64,000 nt of DNA from Candidatus Woesearchaeota archaeon (GTDB taxonomy: Archaea; Nanobdellota; Nanobdellia; Woesearchaeales; UBA583), in NCBI GenBank assembly GCA_965205335.1, contig OZ242164.1, positions 64,001 through 128,000 on the forward strand. The letters run 5' to 3'. The translations under genes and the position numbers were made by a program. Below are positions 57,517 through 64,000 of the stretch, piece by piece. Position 1 is the first letter of the stretch, and the number at the start of each line of letters is the position of its first letter. A model generated the notes under the pieces. It was not told the origin of the DNA and searched no databases. It saw only the letters and a list, made by a program, of their open reading frames with translations.

Positions 57517-59420
57517 ATTAAACTTTGTACTATTATATAAAACTATCTCTCATTAATTCCTTAATTTGAATTTCCTGATAGAGTTTTTTTGCAGAGTTTA
57601 TTTGATGATTACAATAGAAAGATAATATTTCAGACTTTATTTCAATTTTACACCAGAACTCCTAAATATTTTTAAAATTAAGTACATTCTTAGTTATTTA
57701 TGAAAGATGTGAATCTAAAAAAGAAGACTACTAAAAGTTATGGGGATGGTTTAGATGGGATTTTTTGATAAATTGTTGGGAAGAAAAAAACCATCTGAAG
57801 AAGTCAAAGTATCAGGCTTAGATGATTCTATTGGAGAAATTGACCGTTGCCCGTATTGTAAAGAGAAATTAGATCTTATTCCCTTAAGAAAGAAGAAATG
57901 TCCTCATTGTGGAGAAACTATGTATAGTAGAACTAGACCTGCAGATAGGAAGAAAATCCTAATAACTGAGCAACAAAAAGATGAAGTTGAAGTACAATGG
58001 TCTAAGTACCATGAAATTCAAGAAGAAACTAAACTTATAGGGAATCCTGAATTTGCTGATGCAAAGAAAGAACTTACTAAACAATTCGGGAAAGAACCAA
58101 GTCTAAATGACGTTAAATGGAGGGTTTATAATCAGAATATTATTAAATATGCATCAGAAAGGCAATGGGGCTTATATCGTAATAATAAGCTTGATATGGC
58201 AAATCTTTTACAAAAAGAAGGGAGATATAAAACAGCATTAAGTATGCTATTTGAGGTCATCTATTTAGATGTAAATGGGTGCAATAATGTAGGAATGATC
58301 TATTCTTCTAAGTCTGAAATGGATGAATTAGGCATTAAGGAATTTGATCTAAAATTAGCTTTTATGGCTCCGGGAGTAATAAGACCTATTCAGGATTTAA
58401 TCGAGCAATTAAATCTATCAGAGAAGGAAGCAAGGAACCTATTTATTTCTGTAAATAAGGAAATTAAGCCATCAAAGAATATGCCTATTTCAGAAGATAA
58501 AGCATGGGAGAAAATTATCAAAGAGATTAATATTAATAAGGCGAATGCAAAAAAAGTGGAAGAACTTGACGCAAGCAACATAGAATCTGTGGTTAAGGAA
58601 ATTAAGGATCTTATTAAAACAAAGAATAAGGATACTCTTAACTCTATTGTCTATAAATTCAGAAATGAACATAAAACTAAAGAAATGATCAATTCTAATG
58701 CCTCAGGAATAAGAAAAGTCATTAAAACTTTACTTGATCATAAAGAAGAGGCTAATGAACTTGGAGTTTCAATTCTCTTATTTTACATAAAGAAAGATTC
58801 AGAATTATTTAGTGATATTGTAGAAGAGTATATAAAAGACAATATGAAGAAATTTGAGAGATGTCCTGAAGAACACACTATTGGAGAACTCGGAAAAATA
58901 AACCCCACTTGGGTAAAAAACTTAATACCAGAAATGATCAAACAACTTCAAAAAAATGCTGAGTGGAATACTAGAAGATTTATTGCATTTAATTTAGGAA
59001 ATATTGGATCCAAACACCCAGAATTGGTAAAAAAAGCGATTCCTATTATGATTGATTACATTAAAAATCCTACTGAAATTACGAGACCAAAACCATTAAA
59101 GATTGAAGAAAATGGAGTTAAGTTATCAATTGAAATATCTGTAAATATATTTAAGAAATATCAAACTCAATGGTTAAAAGATTCATATATTGATTCATTA
59201 GGAATGATCGCAAAAGGAGATCATGAACTTATTAGCAAATACAAATCATTATTTTCTAAAATAGCTAAAAATGACAAAAGTGAGTATTCTAGAAAGAAAG
59301 CTCAAACTGTTTTAGATCTTCTCTAATTCTTCTAACTAAAAAACTTTATAGATTAAATTTTGTACTATTATATATGATTTTCCTTTTTTAATTCTTTAAT
59401 TTGAATTTATGGACAGATCC
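57517..59420. mobile_element. ~70-bp direct repeats of an IS5-type left end flanking one gene
   Basis: 57517-57585 and 59352-59420 share ATTAAA.TTTGTACTATTATATA...TTAATTC.TTAATTTGAATTT...GA.AGA; the distal part is the reverse complement of 30654-30688. Confidence 0.65.
57755..59326 (+). CDS. Zn-ribbon plus helical/HEAT-repeat protein
   Basis: CPYC..CPHC; RRFIAFNLGNIG..HPELV and DSLGMIA HEAT-like repeats. Confidence 0.75.
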   Translation: MGFFDKLLGRKKPSEEVKVSGLDDSIGEIDRCPYCKEKLDLIPLRKKKCPHCGETMYSRTRPADRKKILITEQQKDEVEVQWSKYHEIQEETKLIGNPEFADAKKELTKQFGKEPSLNDVKWRVYNQNIIKYASERQWGLYRNNKLDMANLLQKEGRYKTALSMLFEVIYLDVNGCNNVGMIYSSKSEMDELGIKEFDLKLAFMAPGVIRPIQDLIEQLNLSEKEARNLFISVNKEIKPSKNMPISEDKAWEKIIKEININKANAKKVEELDASNIESVVKEIKDLIKTKNKDTLNSIVYKFRNEHKTKEMINSNASGIRKVIKTLLDHKEEANELGVSILLFYIKKDSELFSDIVEEYIKDNMKKFERCPEEHTIGELGKINPTWVKNLIPEMIKQLQKNAEWNTRRFIAFNLGNIGSKHPELVKKAIPIMIDYIKNPTEITRPKPLKIEENGVKLSIEISVNIFKKYQTQWLKDSYIDSLGMIAKGDHELISKYKSLFSKIAKNDKSEYSRKKAQTVLDLL

Positions 59421-59464
59421 TAATAATTGAAATGTTTATAAATATCAAGTTTTGTGTTTTTAAT

Positions 59465-60364
59465 ATGGTGAAGAAATTATTTTTTGTGCCTGAATTTATT
59501 TTGGATTCAAATCCACAAATACGAAAGTTTGAGAAATTTGATAAATTAATTGATTTTGAAGAATTTCAGAGATACTCAAAAGATTATAAACCTAAAAACA
59601 TTCTAAAAGAGTTAGACAAGGAATCATTAGACAAAGAAGTATTTAAGGAGTTAGGATTAGATAAATACGAGAAGCATATTTCATATGAAGAATTAAAATC
59701 AAGTTCAAATAAGGTTTTATCTGATATTAGTCCACATTATAACCCTAAGAAGTTTAAAAATGAGGGTATAAGAAAGAGTGTTGTTTTGAAATCCTTGCAT
59801 ACATTTGTAATACAATTTGTAGAGAATACCTATTTCAAGGATAATTTTGATTCATATTTAATTGATGTGGATAAAGTTAATGATAATAACTACTTAGGCT
59901 ATAAATTCCTATTTGAAACACGTTTCAAGTATGATTTCTTATCAAATTTACTCTCATATATTGGAAACATTTTAGAATATAATAAGTACCAGTACAATTT
60001 GGTAATTAAGGAAACTTCAAAATATAGACCCAGAGGAATTAATAAACTATTAGGGATGATTCTTTCAGACTTACAGAATTATATGTCCAAGATTGTTTTC
60101 TTTTACAATAGAGAAAGAAGACAAATTGAATTAAATTTGAGATGGGTAAAAAACTATAGTCCAGAATCTTATGAACTATCATTGGAGTTAATTAAAAAGA
60201 TAGATATTGAAATAAACAATTTAGAAGTAAAATCTAAAGAAATTGATAAAATTAGAAGTTTAATTAATAGAAACTTTCTTAAAAGACTTTGGGACAGCCT
60301 ACCTCCAATAAAAAGAATAAGAGGAAAAGTATCTGATATTGAAGGGGAAATAGAGTTCAAATAG
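59465..60364 (+). CDS. Hypothetical protein
   Basis: 299-aa ORF; TTTATAAA ~23 nt upstream of ATG 59465. Confidence 0.65.
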   Translation: MVKKLFFVPEFILDSNPQIRKFEKFDKLIDFEEFQRYSKDYKPKNILKELDKESLDKEVFKELGLDKYEKHISYEELKSSSNKVLSDISPHYNPKKFKNEGIRKSVVLKSLHTFVIQFVENTYFKDNFDSYLIDVDKVNDNNYLGYKFLFETRFKYDFLSNLLSYIGNILEYNKYQYNLVIKETSKYRPRGINKLLGMILSDLQNYMSKIVFFYNRERRQIELNLRWVKNYSPESYELSLELIKKIDIEINNLEVKSKEIDKIRSLINRNFLKRLWDSLPPIKRIRGKVSDIEGEIEFK

Positions 60365-60579
60365 AAATTAAATCTTCAAATTAAATAGAATATTCATATT
60401 TTCTGTTACTTCTTCGTTTAACTCGTGTAAACCTTCTAACTTCTCTGTAATTTTTTCTTCTGAATTCATGGTCTTGGTTTTCTTCATATTTATCTAAGGG
60501 AGTAAACATTTATAAATCTTTTGAGAATTTTGAGAATTTTTGGGCAAATGTTAGTTATTTTACCTAATTCCTATAGATA

Positions 60580-61143
60580 CTATTGAGAAAATATTTTTTT
60601 TTTATTTTTTTTAGTTAAACTAATTGTGTTAAGTATTGGATGATTGTTATACTCATTGTTACTTTCTTCAAATAAACATTTCAGAATTTCGTCATGTGTG
60701 ATAATCATTATATTCTCTTTTTTAAGAAATTCTCTAATTTCTTGTTCATAGTTTCTATTAACACTATAGCAAAACAAAACACAAGAAAAATCTTTGTAAC
60801 CATATTCCTTTTCTAATTCATTTAAGATTTTTCTTTTATATTCTTTATTATTATATGCTTTAAATCTTCCATATTCTTCTCTTGATTTATATTTATCTCT
60901 TTTGCGTAATTTTTTATCTAGTTTTTTAAAACAACGATGATGTATTCCAAATCCTTTAACTTCTCCTAAAATTCTTAGTGGTAAACCATCTTTATCTTTT
61001 CCTTTTGTTTTAACTGCAATTAAATCTAGTTCAGTTCTTGGACTACTTTTTGTAGTCCTCACATTAACTTTTTTAGATGTTGTAACTAAATATCCTTTTT
61101 GTTCAAGATATATTTTTACTAATTCTTCAGTCGCTTCTGCCAT
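60580..61143 (-). CDS. PD-(D/E)xK nuclease, copy 2 (inverted paralogue of 52365-52919)
   Basis: Highly similar protein and ~87 bp of shared upstream DNA. Confidence 0.78.
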   Translation of the reverse strand: MAEATEELVKIYLEQKGYLVTTSKKVNVRTTKSSPRTELDLIAVKTKGKDKDGLPLRILGEVKGFGIHHRCFKKLDKKLRKRDKYKSREEYGRFKAYNNKEYKRKILNELEKEYGYKDFSCVLFCYSVNRNYEQEIREFLKKENIMIITHDEILKCLFEESNNEYNNHPILNTISLTKKNKKKIFSQ

Positions 61144-61244
61144 ATATAGTTAGTTAATAAATTAGAATTTATATAAGGATTGTACTACTTTATATTGATA
61201 AATAAAAACACCCTGAAATTTAACAGAACCTACACTTAAAAAAA

Positions 61245-62201
61245 TTAAATTAATGATTCATTAAATTTGTAATAATTAATTCCAAAATTCAAATCTCTTC
61301 TTCCTAAATACATTAAAAACATACAACAAAAAATTACGCTAACATTAAATAATCCCTTTTCAACAAGTGATCTACAAGAAGATATAATATATATTGTTGA
61401 AGGATTTCTATTTATATAATCAATTTTATTTTGTATATTTACCTTTAATTTTTTCAAATTAAAACATTCTATTGTTTTTTCACCTTCTAAACTTTTAATT
61501 AAAATCTCTAATTTTCCTAAAATTGGCTGAAATATATTTTCTATTGTTAACTGATTATAATGATTTACTCCATTATTTATAATATTAATATAAGTTGGGT
61601 AATTTTTTAATTTTTTAAAATTATATTTTTTTAATATTCTTGAGTTTCTAAAATGTTCAAATAAATTTTTTTTATATCCTTGTTTAAATAATAAACTCAT
61701 TGAATTTTCATATAAATTTGGGTGGAAGAAGAATTTATTCCTTATAACTCCAAATACTTTTAAAAAATTAATAAATATCTCTAAATCATTATTAGTTATT
61801 TCATCATTAACCTTTTCCAAATATCCTAATTTTTTGCCGAAAGTATAATTTCCTTTTTTAATTTTTTTAAAAATGTCTGCTTTATATTCCTCCTTTAATC
61901 GTGGATAAGATAAAATAAATTTATCCATAAGATTTTCACTAAATAAAATTGTATTTAAAATAACTGAATAATCATTCTTAATATAGAGATTATTTTTTAC
62001 TTCCTCTAATAAATTCAACATTTGAGTATATGTTACTTCACTTTTGGGATAAGATTGTCTAGTATTATTCCCCATATTATTAAATATATTTTCTATTCTA
62101 AGATTTAATTCATCAATGATTTTGTAAATATGTGGGTTTTCGATTTCAAGTTTTCTCTCTATTTTCTCTTTATTTATTTCATATAATGTTTTAGTTTTCA
62201 T
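61245..62201 (-). CDS. HEPN-like (MtlR-like) protein
   Basis: E..MD.FI...TFGKKL..L...IRNKFFFH. Confidence 0.5.
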   Translation of the reverse strand: MKTKTLYEINKEKIERKLEIENPHIYKIIDELNLRIENIFNNMGNNTRQSYPKSEVTYTQMLNLLEEVKNNLYIKNDYSVILNTILFSENLMDKFILSYPRLKEEYKADIFKKIKKGNYTFGKKLGYLEKVNDEITNNDLEIFINFLKVFGVIRNKFFFHPNLYENSMSLLFKQGYKKNLFEHFRNSRILKKYNFKKLKNYPTYINIINNGVNHYNQLTIENIFQPILGKLEILIKSLEGEKTIECFNLKKLKVNIQNKIDYINRNPSTIYIISSCRSLVEKGLFNVSVIFCCMFLMYLGRRDLNFGINYYKFNESLI

Positions 62202-62652
62202 TTTAACTATACAAATCCTTACTCCTAGTTACTTATAAACATATTTGATTTACTCATATAACTCCACTATTCTCTCTCTCATTAAAAATAAAATTTTAGT
62301 TTTATAAAGTAGAAATACTTATTATTTTATTCATCTTTCTTCTCTATATTTTCTATCTCTTCTTTAAATAACTCATAAACTTTTTGTCCTAATTTAGATA
62401 TTTTTATATGTAATGGTTTATTATAATCATTAGTGGGCATTGACGCAATTGCTCCTTTATATTCACTTATAAAACCACACTCAATTAAATCATAATCTAC
62501 CATAGTAAAATTTTGAGTAATCTTTTGTAATTCTTTTTCTCTTTTTATTCTTGTTTCTTCATTTACTTCAAAATCTTTAATTTTTGTTCTATTGAGAGGT
62601 GCTGATTATAAAGTAGAAATTGAATTTTTTGATAAAAAATCAAATAATTAAC

Positions 62653-62949
62653 TTATCTTAAATTAATAATTAAAGTAATAACTAAAACTATTATATTTGT
62701 GATTGTTAAATAGATAAACCAATTAGTGTGTCTTTGCATTTCTTTAATTTGTTTATTTGCTAGTTTAACTTGTCTATCTAATACCATAATTTGTTGTTGA
62801 GCAAGTATTTTAACCCATTTGTCTTTTGTATCTTTGCTTAATGGTTTCCAATTTCCTAGTTTTTTATCTAATTTCTGAAACATAGTAAAGATTTTATTGA
62901 ATTTCCTTCCGATTTGTTCTATTTCTTCATCTGTGTAATGTTGTGCCAT
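62653..62949 (-). CDS. Small protein with a C-terminal TM helix
   Basis: Coiled coil plus WFIYLTITNIIVLVITLII. Confidence 0.6.
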   Translation of the reverse strand: MAQHYTDEEIEQIGRKFNKIFTMFQKLDKKLGNWKPLSKDTKDKWVKILAQQQIMVLDRQVKLANKQIKEMQRHTNWFIYLTITNIIVLVITLIINLR

Positions 62950-63039
62950 AGAATTAGTTGGAATTTAGCAAATAAATACTTTTCGGACAAAGCCGACTTT
63001 TGGAATATATTTATAAACTCTGAAGTTTTTAATTATATT

Positions 63040-63222
63040 ATGGCAGAAAAACAAGAAATTAAGAAAAATTTAAGTGGGCAAGATAGTTTAAATACAGAAT
63101 TTAAAAGTCTTGGTAAAGAAAATTTAACAAATAAAACTGCTCAACCGTCCTTTGGAGGAGTAAGCAGTTTCTTCGCTGGTAAGAAAATTACGAAGAAACC
63201 ACTAAATATAAAAATTAAATAA
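63040..63222 (+). CDS. Small disordered protein
   Basis: TTTATAAA ~23-30 nt upstream of ATG 63040; IS5-type end at 62978-62994 just upstream. Confidence 0.45.
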   Translation: MAEKQEIKKNLSGQDSLNTEFKSLGKENLTNKTAQPSFGGVSSFFAGKKITKKPLNIKIK

Positions 63223-63223
63223 A

Positions 63224-63763
63224 TTAACAATAAAATAACTCTATTTCATTTATTCTAAAAAACATCAAATTAATATCTAATTTGATTTCTTCATCATCTT
63301 TTCTAATTAATATAATTTTAGTTTTTTTGCCTTCACAAATTCCTATTAAATCCCTATCCAAATAATATAAGTAACCCACATACCTAATTCCACTCTTTAA
63401 TTCTACTGCGATATACAATGGTTTCTCATATAACAAAATTTCATCTAATGTTTTATTAGGTTTAGAAGAAAGATTTTCCCTATAATACAATACTAAACAA
63501 ATTGTAAGTACAAATAAGAGCAATAAATATAATAGAACCCAATTAATCCCTTTAGTTCCGAAACTAGAAACTGAGATAATGTAAAATAAACTTCCAATTC
63601 CAAAGATAAATAATCCACCTTCCCAATGAGTAAATTTATCAAATCCTTTTGGAAGATTTCTATCTAAAAGATAAAATATTATATATGGAGGGACTAATAA
63701 GATAAGTATATATAATAAAGATATTTCGCTTAATAATGTATTTAATATTCCAACTTCTGACAT
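63224..63763 (-). CDS. Three-TM protein with a C-terminal Sm-like beta domain
   Basis: Three TMs; YIAVELKSGIRYVGYL...D...I. Confidence 0.65.
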   Translation of the reverse strand: MSEVGILNTLLSEISLLYILILLVPPYIIFYLLDRNLPKGFDKFTHWEGGLFIFGIGSLFYIISVSSFGTKGINWVLLYLLLLFVLTICLVLYYRENLSSKPNKTLDEILLYEKPLYIAVELKSGIRYVGYLYYLDRDLIGICEGKKTKIILIRKDDEEIKLDINLMFFRINEIELFYC

Positions 63764-63934
63764 ATAAATTAAAATATTTGATTATATATAAACTTTCTTA
63801 ATTTGGAAGTGATTAACCATAAAAGTTTGGGAAATAATAATTTTTGGAGAATGTAAACATCATACAACTCTGAACTCTGAATAATCTACTTATTAATAGT
63901 AAAATATAAAAAAGAAGTTTGATATTTCCTTATT

Positions 63935-64000
63935 ATGAAACTTACCAATATTAAAATTAAGAATTTTAAGTCTTTAAAAGAGATGGACGTTGATTTAAAT
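63935..64000 (+). CDS. Start of another ABC/AAA ATPase (partial, runs off window)
   Basis: MKLTNIKIKNFKSLKEMDVDLN. Confidence 0.65.
   Translation, partial: MKLTNIKIKNFKSLKEMDVDLN

Noticed and set aside
1324-60360. Many short antisense or alternative-frame ORFs in the track (e.g. 1324, 4344, 6047, 12565, 16179, 23371, 28908, 33624, 39044, 39914, 44836, 45871, 49710, 50172, 55404, 58390)
   Set aside because: They lie within well-supported genes and show antisense-type composition with no motifs
1-64000. Integron with attC cassettes
   Set aside because: No IntI and no consistent RYYYAAC...GTTRRRY folded sites seen; genes have mixed orientation and their own TATA boxes
1-64000. tRNA or rRNA genes
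   Set aside because: No GC-rich structured segments or cloverleaf signatures seen

Overview
Very AT-rich 64-kb accessory/defence island with no core housekeeping, rRNA or tRNA genes that I could recognise. TTTATAAA-type TATA boxes about 22-30 nt upstream of apparently leaderless starts point to an archaeal host; DPANN (Woese-/Pacearchaeota-like) is an inference. It encodes type I (hsdR N-terminally deleted), type II and type III restriction-modification loci and seven ABC/SMC-type ATPases (OLD-like, RloA-like, an RloC-like ATPase-HEPN). It also encodes SIR2-like, sacsin-DUF3883, DUF4238, DUF4268, HNH, GIY-YIG and several PD-(D/E)xK proteins, and a membrane-anchored helicase IV-like protein. 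One full-length IS5-family element (8-bp TSD, frameshifted transposase) is accompanied by a 128-bp MITE family and many solo ends that sit at gene-cassette boundaries. IS481 relics and other end families are also present. A gene-poor centre (32.1-33.6 kb) holds a 43-bp tandem array, a dif/loxP-like palindrome and a degenerate array with an exact 47-bp period. The best candidate for an undescribed system is a SNase-KTSC-membrane caspase-like operon, divergent from a TrmB-like regulator and a Panacea-like gene across a triple-box operator. All calls come from by-eye motif recognition; no database searches were run.
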